The notes below the pieces were generated by a model. That model saw only the letters and a program-made list of their open reading frames with translations. It did not search any database and was not told where the DNA came from. The position numbers were made by a program, and so were the translations under genes. A stretch of 64,000 nt of DNA, taken from positions 56,546,001-56,610,000 of the forward strand of contig NC_087437.1 of NCBI RefSeq assembly GCF_036321535.1. Reading direction: 5' to 3'. Shown in pieces: positions 34,346 through 49,019 of this stretch (positions are counted from its first letter, which is position 1; each line of letters opens with the position of its first letter). The stretch is from Camelus dromedarius (taxonomy: Eukaryota).

Positions 34346-37300
34346 GGCCCTGAAGAGTCTGATTCTGCAAATATTGATTGTGGGGTTTGTTTCTAATTAT
34401 ACATACAATAAAATATATAATTTTTGGTGACATTTCCTTTGCAGCACCCTCAAAATACATCTACTTAAATATTTACATCTCTTCACTCTTATAAAAAAAA
34501 AAAAATCCAGGAGACATTTGGTTTGCCCAAAAAAAAAAGAAAATCATTAATCTTTTTACTACCACTTTTGCTGCTGAAAAGAGATAAATAATATTCAAGA
34601 TAAATTATACAAAATTATTAGTTGACAGATTTTTGGAATTTATATCTTTTCCATTTAGATGTCTAGCACCAAGCTGTCTTGACATCTGCATAAAGATTTG
34701 AGGAAAAATGGTCTGAGGGTTTGTTTAACTGAAAGCATGATGGGATTAAGTTCCAGCAGTTGTGTGGGTGGGCAGTTCTGCAAATGCTTTGCCATGCAGC
34801 AAAGATATCCATACACTCGCCTGAAAAAAACGTTGAGTTTAAAATAATGTCCACATTCTCCTCAGTCTTTTCCTTGCAAGGCATTACATGTATTTTGCCG
34901 AATATTCAAAACAGAAAATACTTCATCTTTGGAAACAAGGTTTCGACTTAAAGCTTTTACTTTGTAAATCCCTCAAAGAAGCTTGTTTTCAAAACTGCTT
35001 CAACAGATCTGCAGATGGCTGAGATTTAACATTTTCAGAGATGACACGTGATTTTTTTTCAGTAGGAAAATCTTATGTTGATATAACCCATTTTACATGT
35101 AGCATGTATGAATTTATTCCATACAAACTGTGCAATCGAAACACCACATTTACTTTCTTCCCCCTAGATTGACTTAAAGCTAGCTCTGAAACCCTATTGT
35201 CCAAGCTAGCAGAATATCCAGTGTTCCTCATGATGGTGCTCTTCAAGCATAACTGGTGTCAGGATAATTGGAAAATGCATGAGCCTTTTGCTGTGGTCAC
35301 GTGGTTAGCTCTGCTCCCTCTGCTAAAAGACACCACCTTTGAATTCTAACCTATACCCTTTTTGGCTCAAAGGCTGTGCCCACTGGCACAACTACTGGTA
35401 TTCACAATGAGTGGTACTGAAAAGCCATCCTGCACATACATTGGCCTGATCCTCTTGCAGGTATCCAGCCAGTTCTCTGTGTGGGGTAGAGTGCACGTCG
35501 CCGTCACCCAGAAGTCCTCTGACACCTCCATAACTCTACCCACAGAGGATCCAGCTCTCCCTCCAGGTCTGGCTACATCTCTCTCACTGACCAAATACCT
35601 GTCTCTTTCCTTTCTTCCCTTTTGGTGAAACTTCAGCTTAGTAGCTTCCTCAGAGACCTAGCTAGGGTTATTCTTCAACAATTAAACTCCAGAGAAATTA
35701 TTAATTTTCCCTAAATAGTAGAAAAGAGTCAGACAATATAATTTCAATGGAAGTCTTGACACAAAAGTTTCTATATCTTCCCCATAAAATGTTTGTGAGC
35801 TATATTTAATCCTCAGTTACAGTAACTATTGTTAATTTAGTTTTTCCATAACTTAATTTTTCCCCTAGCCTAAGTCCCTTTCCCCAAATTCTATTAATAT
35901 TTAGCTTTACAGCATAATGTGTCCTTCATTATGTTTTTAATATTTTCTGTAAACGTGCAGAGGAAGAAAGATGGCTTAAAATATTTTAAAAACAATAGTA
36001 TACCATTTAAGTATTTTGAAAAATTTCTTTTAAAGGTAGCCTTTGGTGAATTCTCTTAAAATTTGAATGATAAACTCTTCCATTTTCTACTTGGTAATTT
36101 TTGTTTTCTACGCTCGCAATCATTCACACAATCTCTAACATGAACATGAAATAATTTCATGGAACTGCATTAAAACTAGAGGACAACCTGCACTTTGAGG
36201 TGGAGCTAATGAGATGGGGGGGGATTTTTAGTTTATTTAATATGATATACTCAAATTTTTGTTCGATAGAATTGCGCTTTTCATTTGATAAAATTTAAAC
36301 CACAAAGAGAGGTGTTTTTGAACCAAAGGAAGATCATTCAGTATTAAAAAAGTGGGCAATCACCAAAGAGAATACTGACCATAGACAGGGACACAGAAAA
36401 TTCATGATCGAAAAACAATGCATGGTTTCGCATGGTTGTCGCAGACACAACACATCATGTACACACAGCTATTAAAGCCAGGGCTTACAAAAGAAAAACA
36501 AAGCCTCCCACAGAAATTACATTTCTCCTGCAGAATAAAATCTGAGATATTGCCTTAATAGACAAATTAATTAATAAGCAGACCTCTACCCACTAAACCA
36601 TCTTTACCTTTAGTTCCCTTACTCACTAATACTGAAAGTCAGAGAGATTACATAAACTGTCCAAGGCTGCACAGTTTCTGACTGGTGGAATAAGAATTTA
36701 GCCTTGAATATTTTTACCTTAAATGTATGTCCTTTCCATTTGGGGACGAGGGGACATTTCCTTAGTACTGATATTAATACCCTAATTTAGGAATGTTTGA
36801 GTTTGAACAGCAGGGCAGGGTGAGGGGGAACTTAACATTTACAGCTAAGGTTAAATTATAAATAATCTTATTTCCAATGGCATCTGGGTTTACCACATTA
36901 TTGAGAGGGAAGAAAGTTTCTTATCAGATGGTGAGTGCCTGGTATATCAAATATGGCTAAGAGAAAGAAGGGGAAAAAATGTGAGGAAAACACGAAGACT
37001 TGAGGAAAAAAACCATGAAAGTTGCTTATCAAAAGGGTAAGATATATTGAAAAAAGACATTTTTTCCCCAATTCATCACTACAATTTAGAGGGCTACATT
37101 TTATAGTCAAAAGACGACATGAAAAACAATTCTAATTAAATAATTATCCATCTGATGATTTTAACTTTTAAAAAATGTAACTTAACTTGAATCCGTCCTG
37201 CATATTTGAGCTGTACAACTTGGTTTTGTTCACTTGAAGTTTCCATCTGGGATTGAAATATATGCTGCCAAAGTAAGCCTAGGAAGGTGGCTTATATGGG

Positions 37301-37469
37301 TTCCCATCTGGGATCTCTGATACCGGGCCAGCAGTCTCCTGGGAGACCTTGCACTGGGCCACAGCCAGATTTAGTGTTGTTACTTTGGGTACTTAATGTT
37401 AGCCTGAGACCAACAGGAAGCTAGGTGGGGCGCGGAACATCCCCAGGACAGGGCCTTCTCCAGTGGGGG

Positions 37470-37665
37470 AGCAATAGTGGTTAAGAGCACAGCTTTCAGG
37501 ATCAGGCATTTGAGGCTAGACATGGTTATTTATCATGTGCTTGAACTTCGGCAAATATTTAATTTCCCTAAACCGCAAGGGCATCATATGCAGTTATTGT
37601 AAGAAAGAAAGAAAAGTGAAACACTTATCACAGTATCTATTATCTAATAGAGCTCAATAAATAAT
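37470..37665 (+). mobile_element. MIR SINE
   Basis: tagtggttaagagcacagcttt...ggcaaatatttaatttccctaaacc...gagctcaataaata. Confidence 0.7.
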
Positions 37666-38980
37666 ATATTTACTAATTAACTCTAACTTTTAACTCCAGT
37701 CGATTGAATAAACAATCAACTGTCTAAATGTCTAAATGTATTGTCTAAACAATATTGCAGAAATAACATAAATGAAAAGTGAAAAAAATCACCCAAAATT
37801 TCATTCACCACCCCACCTTAAAAGTCAGGCACAAAAGCTTATTTTCTTAATTATTAGTATATATGCTAACAATATTTACATGGTAAAATTACCCTATAGA
37901 TACAGTTTCATAAGCCAATAAAATTTCAGTTCCCTAAGGACAGGGAACATATTCACTGCTATAGACCCATTCGGTAATACATATTTACTGATTTGAATTG
38001 AGTATGCATTTTTAGCATATTCTCCATAACCATTATTTTTAATGAGTGGACTATAATTTACCTAACTAAATTCATTGTTGTTGTAACTATAGTTTTCAGT
38101 TTTAAAGAGATAGTCTTAATTTATGACTGTTGCAGATCAATAAATGCCTGTTGATTTTTAGTGCTACCTTTCTCTCTAAACAGAATAAAGTATATAATTT
38201 TGGTTAACTTTTTAATTTAATAAATAACACTCTGATGGTCATCTTTTTGTATACAGCTTTTATTCCAGTCGGAGGAGTTGACAAGATGAGGATTTAGTCA
38301 AGTAAGGATATTTCAAAATAAATTGTAAATGCTTTCATTTTTGCATGATTCTTTTAGGAAAGAAAAATGATACTCTATTCATTTTTTATTATTTCTTATT
38401 TTATAAAAATACGTAATTTCCTCAAAGTTCAGAAGGATTTAACTGTATTACACTGTTATTTCTCTACTAACGGGTTTTAGGATCTTTCAAAAACAAAGAC
38501 AAAAATGTTGTCTATTCTCTATAAACCTTTATTTTACAAGTGTCTTCCAAACTGTGATTTGATTGATCACTTCACTCATGAACTCTGGTAGGTAGTAATT
38601 ATTTCACAACATTTCCTTATTTTCGTAAAGCAAATTAAAATTTCATATATACTCTCAAATCAGTAGGATAGTCAAGAAGTTGACTATCAGTTTTTAAAGG
38701 TTTCCTTTGCTTCTCTGGCACTTTCATGGTTCTAATGAATAGGTACATGTGGAGAAGCTTAGGAGTCTGGTTATTTCCATCAGTATCATTGTTTCCTTTG
38801 GCTCCTCAGGCACTGTGTTGTGAGCTGTGATCTTCATGGTTGGTGTCTTCATGGAACACAAGGATCCTCAACTTTCCCCTAGAGGTGAAGTCCTTTGAGC
38901 ATAAGCTCTAAAAGAACCCGCATGGCTATTTTCAACCCAGTCTTCAGGAGAGCACACCTAGCCAGTTTCCAGTGTTATTC

Positions 38981-39339
38981 TGTTTCAGTCAGCTCTGGCT
39001 GCTGTAACGAATCACCATAGACTTGGCAGCTTAAACAACAAACATTTATTTCTCAAAGTTCTGGAGGCTGGGAAGTCAAAGAGCAAGGTGCTGGCAGCTC
39101 CAATGCCCGGCGAAAGCCCACTTCCTGGTTTGCAGATGGCTGTCTCCTTGTATTGGTAGTGAGCAGAGAGAAAGGGGGCAAGATCTTCTATCTCTTCCTT
39201 TAAAGCTCTCATCCATTCGTGCAGTCTCCACCCTAATGACCAATTACATCCCAAAGGCCCTACCTCCCAATACCATCACATTGGGGTTAGGATTTCAACA
39301 GATGTATTTTGGGGAGACACAAACCTATAGTCCATAACA
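38981..39339 (-). mobile_element. MLT1A-type MaLR solo LTR, full length (about 360 bp)
   Basis: TG...CA termini. ggctgctgtaac..ccatagacttggcagcttaaacaacaaacatttatttctc..ttctggaggctgggaagtc...aataccatcacattggggttaggatttcaaca...gtccataaca. Confidence 0.92.
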
Positions 39340-39635
39340 CTCCTCTTGTATGGTTCCCAAGGCTCCCTTGTGGATCATCTAACCTAATTCCCTCAAGGGC
39401 CTAATCCTTCCAAAACATGGCCTGAGCATGTTAAGAAGGTCTTCAGAACATCTCCAACTCTAGTTGGAGTACATAAAACACAAAATGCTATTAATTACTT
39501 CTGTTGGGGAAGATAGCCTAGAACTAAGTAACTCCAAAAGCTACAATCTCCATTCCTGGAGGGTAAAGGGTAGAATAAATGAGAGATGTTTTAATTTTTC
39601 TTTGCTGAGATAGTATTAGTTTAATAATAATAAGG

Positions 39636-39640
<5 letters not shown>

Positions 39641-39692
<52 letters not shown>
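39641..39692 (+). repeat. (TAA)n microsatellite
   Basis: About 17 perfect TAA units, with an imperfect extension back to 39622. Confidence 0.98.
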
Positions 39693-39693
<1 letters not shown>

Positions 39694-39909
39694 TCTTTAA
39701 ATATTACCAGTTGAATCTTTTTTCCCCTTTCCCTTCCATAGGATAATTTATTTGCCAGCTATGTGAAGCTCTACTAGGTGCTGTGAAGAATCTGATATTT
39801 TTGTGGGATGGGGGACGGAACCAAGACAGAACTTGATGGAACGGGTGATAAGGGAATCACTTGCTCTCAAGTAGCTCAGACTCTAGTAGCAAGACAGGTA
39901 GCTCATCAC

Positions 39910-40165
39910 TAGTCTAGTGGTTAAGAGGAGACACTCTGTTCAAATCCTGGCTCTGTCCCTTACTATCTCTGTTCAGATTAATTGATTTCTCTATACCTTA
40001 GTTTTCTCATCTGGAAAATGGCTAATAATGCCCTCCTAGGGCTTTTGTGAAGAAGATTGTATGTTAATATATATTATTATATATGTTATAATAATATTAA
40101 TATAATAAAATGAACTTAGAAGAATATATCATGCAAATGTGTTTAATACATTTTAGCTATGATTA
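39910..40165 (+). mobile_element. MIR SINE inside an L2 relic
   Basis: tctagtggttaagag...gttcaaatcctggctctgtcccttacta...ccttagttttctcatctggaaaatgg. Confidence 0.8.
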
Positions 40166-40169
40166 TTAA

Positions 40170-40850
40170 GATAAAGCAGGCTATATTATGGTGGAAAAGA
40201 CACAAATGATGCGTTAAAAGGAAAATGAAAGAGAAATTAGATTCTCCTGGGAGAATCAGTGATATTCTCACAGAAGAAATGACTTTAAGTTGAGATTTGA
40301 AAAGTGGGTAGGGATCCAGCAGGTAGAAGTAAGATCATTCCATGATGAGAAAAGAGTGTGAGTACTTAGAAAGTCATAAGGTTCCTTTTTTCTTTTTTTT
40401 TGAAAAGTGTCCATTAGCTTCATGTGTGAAGCAAATAGGATGCATGGGAAAGCTTTCAAGTGATGTAGCATGACATTATGTGGGAAATACGAGTTGCGGC
40501 AATATATTAAAAAGTCTTTTGCACCAAATTAAAGTACTATGATTTTATCCTCTTAGATAACAAAACATGATCAGAGGTTTTCTGAGCAAGTAACTAATGT
40601 AGACTCCCATTTTTTTATGGAAACAATGAGAGGAATGCTATGCCTGGTTTAGAAAGGACAAAGACTGAAGACAGGTAGATTTCTGAAGGGGTTGGGTGAG
40701 TGATGATGGATCAGGGAGAGTTAGAGACAATGGTGGCTTTTAAACTGAGTGACTGAAAGAATATTTATCCTATTAACTGAGAAAAAAAAATGCTGTACAT
40801 GTTGGGAATAAGCAGTAAGGGAAGTCTGGCCTTTAGGGCTGTCAATCCTG
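40170..40850 (-). mobile_element. LINE-2 relic (its 3' end is at about 39740-39900)
   Basis: attctcacagaagaaatgactttaagttgagatttgaaaagtgggtaggga...gattttatcct...gaggttttctgagcaag. Confidence 0.65.
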
Positions 40851-41329
40851 CATGTTGCTACCAGTCTAAATTTGGCATGCAGATGGTACCCATTATTATT
40901 ATTATTGTTTAACATTTACTGAGTGTCGGCAGCAAGCTAAGCCTGGTGTGGAACATTGGAAAGGCATCCATCTCTCCACATTTTTACTCCCACCTCCATC
41001 TGGTCCCTTCATTTTGTTATTGTCGTATTTTCTGGGCACTTATAAGTTGGTCACTGATTTGTTATTCACTTAATATTTACCAATTACATGATAGTGAAAA
41101 GACTGAGCGCTTTTGAAAGTGCATTCATTTAGCAATCAATAATTCATAGGAAATGGGTACATGATACTGCCTAAAACTTGGTTTAAATAAGGGTTGCCTT
41201 ACCTGCATTTAGTGCTTTGCAACTTTGTAAAAAGTTTTGCATTTATTAGCTCATTTGGATCTTGGAAAATATAGAATGTTACTATTTTGTTTCAAAATAT
41301 TTAAAGTCACAGAAAAATACATGGAGTAG

Positions 41330-43625
41330 TATTACAAAATTTTACTACTTCACATACACACACATGTATTTTTTAATTAAAAAAAAAACATGGCCGATAA
41401 ATTCAAAATCTCTTTTGTTCTCCACACCAGTACTAATTACCTCTCTTTTTATCATTCCCAGAAGTAATCACCATGATAAATTTGATACATTTGACATCCT
41501 TCCGGCCAATATTGTTGTACTTTATTGCCTATATGTACATTTTTATAGAACATATAGTACAGTTTTGTGTACTTTAAAGTTTTAACTGAATTATTTTATC
41601 CTCTTCTTTTAATTCTGAAAACTATTCATTTGACATTTTATTCATGTTTTCTATAATTAATCTTAACTATTGCTTAGTATTAAATCTCAATTTAGGAATA
41701 AATTATAACTTATTAATTCTCCTATTTGTAGACATTTTGACTGATTCTTATCTTTACTATTGCATATATAATTTCAGTGGAAATCTTTGTATGTATGCCA
41801 TGTGGCCCATATACAAGGGTTTTCTCTAGCAATTGAAATTCAGATTGTGAGCCTTTGGATATTCATGCATATTCACATTTTAAATTTATCCAACATTGCA
41901 AAAATACTCTGTAATATGATTGTGCTATTTCACACTTCTAGTAGTAGTTGTTTTTTTTTTAATTTTCCACAGCATAACACCAAGATTTGGTATTGCTACC
42001 TTTTTTATTTTGATAATCTTACGATTGTGGAATAGAAGATCATTACTCTGATGTGTGTTTCACTGGTTGCAAATGAGAGTGAATATTTTTATATACTTAT
42101 GGACCATTCAGTTTTCCTTGTTGGTAAATTGCCTGTTCTTATATTTTGCCTATTTTCCTATTTAGTTGTTTTTCTATTAACTTTTTAACTACTTTGTTGA
42201 GATTTAATTGACATACAGTAAAATGTCAAGTATACAACTTGATAAGTTTTAATGTAAGTGATGTCCGTGGAACCTTCAGCACAGTCAAGATAATGACTGG
42301 TAGAAGCTTTTAGTGTATCTTCAACCATAATTTTGTTTGTTACATACTTTGTAATATCTACTTCCATCCTCCAGCTTATCATTCACCTTATTATGTTGTC
42401 ATTGGTCATAATAACTTTAAAAGTCAATGTAATTCAATGTAGTCCCTTTTCTAGCCAAATTTGCAATGAAATTTGTTAATTGTGTTTTGTTGAACTAATA
42501 CTTTTAAAATCTGAGAACTCAAAGTTGTCTTGCTATTGTCCTCCACTAGTTTTAAAGTATTGTTTTCTCACATTGAAATAATTAATTCTTGTGTAATTTA
42601 CTTTTTATGGTTTGAAAAAGAATTGAATTTAATCTTTTTCTATGTAGATAGCCAGTTGTCCCAGCAAACCATGTCCTGAAGCTCCTCTTCATTCCTCATT
42701 GACTTGTAACGTCATTCCTATTATATACTAAGGAGCTTGTTTTTTTTTTCTCTCTCTTAACATAAATAGAATTGTTTTGGGAAAGTCTTACCTGTTACAT
42801 TGTATTATTTCTCTTTTCCTGTACCAATACCACAGAGTTACGATTATTAATACCTTAAAAATGAAGCATTGTATCAGAAGGGTTCTCTCCTCATACAGTT
42901 TTCCAAACCTTACTGTCTACTTTTATTCCTCACTTTTCTAGTTCCCTCTCTCTCTTCCTAACTTGTCTCTACCTCTTTTTCTCTAATAATTTCAATTAGA
43001 ATTGCATTACATTAAGTTCCTTTGGAAGAAGTGACATTTTAATATTACTTTTCATGTCAGAATATTCTATTTCTATTTATTCTGGTCTATTTTTAATCCT
43101 TCAACTTTGTTTCACACATCCCTGCATGATTTATAATTTTTATGTTATTGTAAGTATTTTATATTATTCTGTTACATTTTATATTTGGGTGTTGCTGACA
43201 TATATAAATTTTATTTAATTTTTGTGAGTTGACTAGGTATCATGAAAATCTTACTTATATTTTCAAATTGCTTTTTATATCTTATCTACATATTGTCTTA
43301 GGTATTCTAAGTAAATGATACTTACTTTTTATCTTCTAATTTGTCTTTTTATCTTATTTCATGGGTTTGAAATAGTAAAACATTGACTGTCTTTAACAAT
43401 AGTGAGCACTTGATCTTAATTCTTAAATTAATTAAAATGTACCTAAAGTTTCACCATAGAATAAGATGCTTATGGTTGACCTTTAGTAGTTATCTCATGA
43501 TCAGGTTAAGGGAATTCCCTTCTATTCCTGCTTTGCTAAAATATTATTGTTATTATCAATGATAATATTGGTTTTAATTATCAATGACTTTAATTTTATT
43601 GAGTAATTTTTTTCTGTACTTCTTA
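41330..43625 (-). mobile_element. Ancient L1 (L1ME-like) ORF2/3' relic, with a small nested L1 3' end near 42184-42320
   Basis: T-rich antisense L1 text: gatagccagttgtcccagca, cctgtaccaataccacag, tcaggttaagggaattcccttctattcct. Confidence 0.75.
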
Positions 43626-43647
43626 AGCTAATCTGAATATTTCTCAG

Positions 43648-44325
43648 ACAATACAAGGTACTGACACAAATGTGGAGCAACTGGAACATTTATACAACGT
43701 TGGTGGGAATGCAACATGGTATAGACATGATAGAAATCAGTTTGGTAATTTCTCACAAAGCTAAATACTTACTGTTTAACCCAGAAATCCACTCCTAGGT
43801 ATTTACTCAAAAGAAACAAAATACATGTTCACAAAATAATCTGTATGAGAAAGTTTATTGCAGTGTTGATAACGGCCAAAAACTAGAAACAGCTCAAATG
43901 TCAATCAGCTGTTAAAAGGATGAACAAGATGTGGAGCCACATAGAATGTAATTCTATTCAGCAATTAAATGGAAGGACTTCTGATGCATGCAACACATGA
44001 TGAATAGTGAATACATGATGCTAAGTGAAAGGAGCCAGATTCAAAAAGACACATACTGCATTATTCTATTAATATGATGTTCTGGAAAAGCCAAAACTGT
44101 AAGGACAAGGAAAAAAAAAAAAAAAAAAGGATCAGTGGAGCCAGGGGCTGGATGTAGCTAGCCAAAAGAGCCTTTGGGAACGTTTGAGGGTGATGCAAAT
44201 GTTCATTATCTTTAGTGTGCTAGTGGTTGCCAAATTGTGTGCATTTGTTAAAAATCATAGAACTGTACTTGGAAAAAGGAAAAATTGATTGTATATAAAT
44301 TATAGCCTAATAAACCTGACTTAAA
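43648..44325 (+). mobile_element. L1 (L1MC/ME-like) 3' end
   Basis: atgtggagcaactggaac..gttggtgggaatgcaacatggta...ccactcctaggtatttact...atgctaagtgaaaggagccaga...tataaattatagcctaataaacctgac. Confidence 0.88.
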
Positions 44326-44780
44326 TTTTTAAACTTCTTTTTGTATGTAGGTCTCATACGTATTTGGGGGTATATTTTTCTTAAATGCTTTATATTTCCA
44401 ATGGAATTGTAGATGGTATAATTTTTTAAATTCAGGTTTGCACCATTTATTAAAGCATAAAGTTATGGTTAATTTTCATATTTGTTAAGTTCCAACAAAC
44501 CTGCTGAACTGTTACATTGTTCTATCCTTAAAATGCTTTTAGATTTTTTTCTGTACACAATTTTCTTGTTAGTGGATTCTAAACATTTTTATTACTTAAA
44601 ATAATTTTTTAAAAATACAAAGAAAGTAAAGTTCACAGAGTTTATGTCATTTAGTCAAGTACACAGGGCTTGAAAGGACCAGAAGCATAACTCCAATTTC
44701 AAATGTAAACCCAAGGACATTCTTTAATTCATGTTTTACTTTCATTATTTAATTGCTTTAATTACTTCATTTAAGATATT

Positions 44781-45300
44781 TGTGTTGGATGTGTATTGTT
44801 TGGATATCTTATTTATGCCAGCCCAGCACCTATTTACTATTTTCTACTAAAAGATTCTCAATTTCCATCAAGAAAACACCCAAGTGCCCTACGCCATGTG
44901 TAAACGTAGGTGGGTTTGATGCATGCGTGTGCTGTCAGAGCACCATATATGTTGTCTGCAGTAAATGACTAAGGGATCAACACATGACTCACACCAGGCT
45001 TATCATTCAAACTTAGGAACTTAACTGGACTTATAGAAGGAGGAGCATTCTTTCTGTCGGGCTTACAGTGTTGTAGAAAAGATGGGTGAAGCTTCCAAAG
45101 ACTGCTCTGTGGGGAGAATCTCCTTGAGAATGAAGCCCAAAGGCAGGAAAGCAGAAGTGAGGGGCAGAGTCAGAATTCTGATGACATCTTTGATTCAATG
45201 TTCCTTAAAGCCAAACTGATCCCTGGACTTTTTAGTTATGTGAAACAACAAATTATCTTATCTGCTTCAACCATTTTGAGTATGAGAGTATCCTCTGATA
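44781..45300 (+). mobile_element. Old MLT1 (K/L-like) LTR
   Basis: tgagaatgaagccc...ggaaagcagaag...tgatgacatc...ccctggactttttagttatgtgaaacaacaaatt. Confidence 0.7.
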
Positions 45301-46249
45301 TGATGAGGAACAAAATAAAACATTGATCTAGATACAGAGAGGTCGCACATGTAAGGCGTGGCATCAAGGACCTCACAGACTTACACAGAAGATAAAGAAT
45401 GCACATAAATTTATAACTTTATTATGATACTAACTTTTCCATGTTGCCTCAATGTCCGATTATCTCAGTTTTGTGGCCATTTGTAAGAATAAATTGAATT
45501 AGATAAATGTGAGCAATTCTCTCATTCAAGCCAAGAATCAATAATACTTTCAATGCTACCAAATACAAAAGGAAAAAAAAATTGGAGTAAATCTTTATCT
45601 GAGTAAAGAGATGTAGTCCTAAAAAACCCAGATTCAAATTTTATTTAATGTTATTGGCAGATTTTTGGACTTACTTTACTTCAAAGATCTAGATTGCTTA
45701 ATCATTGTGAGTTAAAGATCAGAAGAAAAAGACATGATTCTCAACATTCAAAAATAAATGGTTTTAACATCTGTGGAAAAGACCTCAAGATTTGCTATCT
45801 GATGCTGAGAATAAAATCAAGGACTCCTCAGTGCTCACAACGCTCTCATTTCTGTTAATCATAATATTGTTAAAAAGCTGAAGAAATAAGTGTCAGAATC
45901 TATGCATTGAAAATACTATAACATTTTTTTAATGCCATAAATTGGCAATCAGTCAAAATCTACAGGCTACTTAATCCCAAATGATGTTTAATACTTTCAA
46001 CCCAGCAGAAACTAACTACATAATTTTTAGGACAAACCAATGTGAAATAGGAGAAGAGATTTAATGACATTAAGAGAGTTGAATCGTGAAACATGTATAC
46101 CTGTAAATACATGTAAAATGTTAATCTCTGTATACGGTGTATTAATTGACTAACCATGGGATATGTCTTAGACACTTTTTTTTTTTTTTTGCAGAATTGC
46201 ATTCAACCTAAGGAACAATTTAAAGAGGACTGATATCATAATATTTAGT

Positions 46250-47862
46250 TACAATCCATGAATGTGAATCCATAAATCATGACTCCATGAAGGTTTTTGA
46301 TTTCTTTCATCAACATTTTGTGATTTTTAGGCTAAAAGTTCTTTACATGTTTTATTACACTCATACCTAAGAATTCTATTTTGGGGAGTAATTGTAAATG
46401 GTATTTTGTTAAAAATTTGATTTCCACATGTTTATTTTTAGTGTATAAAGTATAATTGCTTTTTATGTGTTGCTCATGAATCCTACACCTGTGTTGAAGT
46501 CACGTGATAGTTCTAAAGAATTTTAGGGGGAGTATTCCTTGAGATTTGATGCATAATGCTAGCTGGGAATTTTGGTAGATGCTCTTCTTCAGGCTGAGGT
46601 GATTGCACTCTATTATTAACATGCTTAGAGTTTTTATCATGAAGTAATGTTGGATTTCATAAAATGCTTTTTCTTTGTCAACTGATACGTCACTTGATTT
46701 TTCTTTTTCAGCTTGGTGAGATGGTGAAATAAATTGATTTATTTTCAAATGTTGAAGCAGTCTTCCATACCTGGAATAGATTTCACTTGGTAAGAATGTG
46801 TATTTCTTTTTATACATTTCTGGTTTCAGTTTTGTAATATTTTGTTGACAGTTTTTATGTCTAAACTCATGGAAGATATTGGTCTATAGTTTTTTTCCTT
46901 CTTTCTTTCCTTTTATTTTGTACTGGCCTCGTCTGGTTTTTGGTATCATGTTAATACTAGCTTTGTAGAATGTGTTGGAAAATATTCTCTACTCTACACT
47001 TTCATATTCTAAAAGAAATGTATAAAATTGGTGTCAATTCTTTAAATGTTTGGTAAAATTCTTCAATGAAATACATGGGTCTGGTTTCTTTTTGGAGAGC
47101 TTTTAAATTACAAATTCAGCTTCTTTAAGGGTAATAAGATTATTTATGTTGACTATTTCATCTTTATTGAGCCTTAGTAATTTGTGGATTTTGAGGAATG
47201 TGTCCATTTCTTCTAAATTGGATTTGTGAATACAAAATTATTTGGAGGATTCTTTTATTATCCTTTGAATGACCACAAGATTTGTAGAGATGTTTTTTGT
47301 TTCATTTTTGATATTAGTAATTTATGTCTTTGCCAATTTTTTCTTTGTCAATCTTAGTAGAGTTTCATCAATTTTATATTTTCCCCAAAGAACCAGCTTC
47401 TTTTTCATTGATTTTTCTCCATTGTTTTCCTGTTTTCCGTTGCATTGATTTTTGCTTGTGTCTTTATTATTTCTTCCTTGTTTTTGCTTTGGGTATATTT
47501 TGTTATTCTTTTTCTGTTTTTTGAAGTAGGAACTTACATTACTGATTGAAGGCTTTAGTTGAATTTCACATATTTTAATATGCTGTATTTTCACTTTTAT
47601 TTAGTTTTATGTATTTTTAAATTTCCTTTGAGATTTCTTCGTTGAATGATGGATTATTTAGGCTATTTCCAAGTATGGGGATTTTCTAATTGTCTTTCTG
47701 TTATCAATTTCTACTTTGATTCCATTATCTTCAGAGAACATACTATAAAAATCATAAGTATTTTACATTTGTTGAGGTTTGTTTTGTGGCCCAGAATATG
47801 GTCTTTCTCAGTGAATATTCCATAGTGATTGGGAAAAAATGTGTATTTGGTTATTGTTGTAT
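46250..47862 (-). mobile_element. L1 ORF2 relic (endonuclease-to-RT region, with deletions)
   Basis: Minus-strand peptides GIFTEKDHILGHKTNLNKCK (EN domain) and SVDKEKAFYEIQHYFMIKTL (RT, cf. SIDAEKAFDKIQHPFMIKTL). Confidence 0.92.
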
Positions 47863-49019
47863 CAACACATATATCTGAGCAACAGCTAAGTTTAAATGAT
47901 ATTAGGTAAATGTATGCATAAGGCTTAGTCTCTATCCTTGAGTAGCTAATATAACTGTCCAAGAAAGTCTGCTTATAAAAATAATTATAAAATGGTGATA
48001 ATCAGAGATTTCCAGTTGATTGAGATGAGAAAGTTTTATAGAAAGAGTGGTATTTTTATCAGACATTAAAGATGGGTAAAGCTCTAATATATGACATTTG
48101 AAGGAAAGATATACTGGTTTCGTTTATGTAAGACATGGAGGTGGAGAGAGGAGAAGGGAAGGAGTTTGACTATCTACTCTTCTAGGATATAGGTTTCTAC
48201 TAATCTTTTGTTAAACAAAACACTGGGCATTGATTTAAAAGGAAGATTTCAGATCTCCTGCCTCTGGTATTTTTTTTCTTTCTAGGGAAGCTGTCTTTTA
48301 AGGCTATTAAAAGTCAATGATTTACAGAATGTTAATGTAAAATTAGCCTTTGGGAAATTTAGAAATCTAGGTCTGTGAATGTTTCACAACAATAATTGAT
48401 TTCCATTTGAAACAAAAGAGAAAGACCTGTTACAAACTGTACAAATGATAATATACCAGAACAGGTAAGAAATAAAAATGCAAGCCTTTGGGTGAAAGAA
48501 CCAAAATATTTTCTTCTGATAAATATGAAAAGAGAAAGCATAGTTCCCCTAGAAGTTAAACATGTGTTAAAAATTACAGAACATGTTAACCACATGATTT
48601 TTCCTACTACAGCAAACAAGCTGAAATATAAGGAATCCTTAGAATTATTCACAGCATGTAGGAGAATTGAGAGATAGGATATTTTATGTCAAATAATAAA
48701 AATAAAATTTCTTATTTATGCACATCTTACATATCCATTATTTATACTTTGCAGATGAAAATGGAGGGTTAAAGACATATAAAGAATTTGACAGCATCAC
48801 ATGGTTTGGTTATAGGTAAGATTTTTCAATTTTAATCAAGGTCTTGGCTTCCATAGTTCATGCTCTGTCTTGTAAAACGAAAAATGCTTGTCTCTGCTCA
48901 TAATGAAAATATTTACAAAATGGCAAAAAAGTTTGTTAAGGTTCCCAAAGAGAATATTAACTATGCATTTCCTGATTATGCTTATATTTCTCTATTCTGG
49001 TTTTTTTCCTAGCTCATAG

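Noticed and set aside
35362..35628. ERVL protease-like fragment
   Set aside because: Resemblance is limited to a few residues and cannot be supported without a search.
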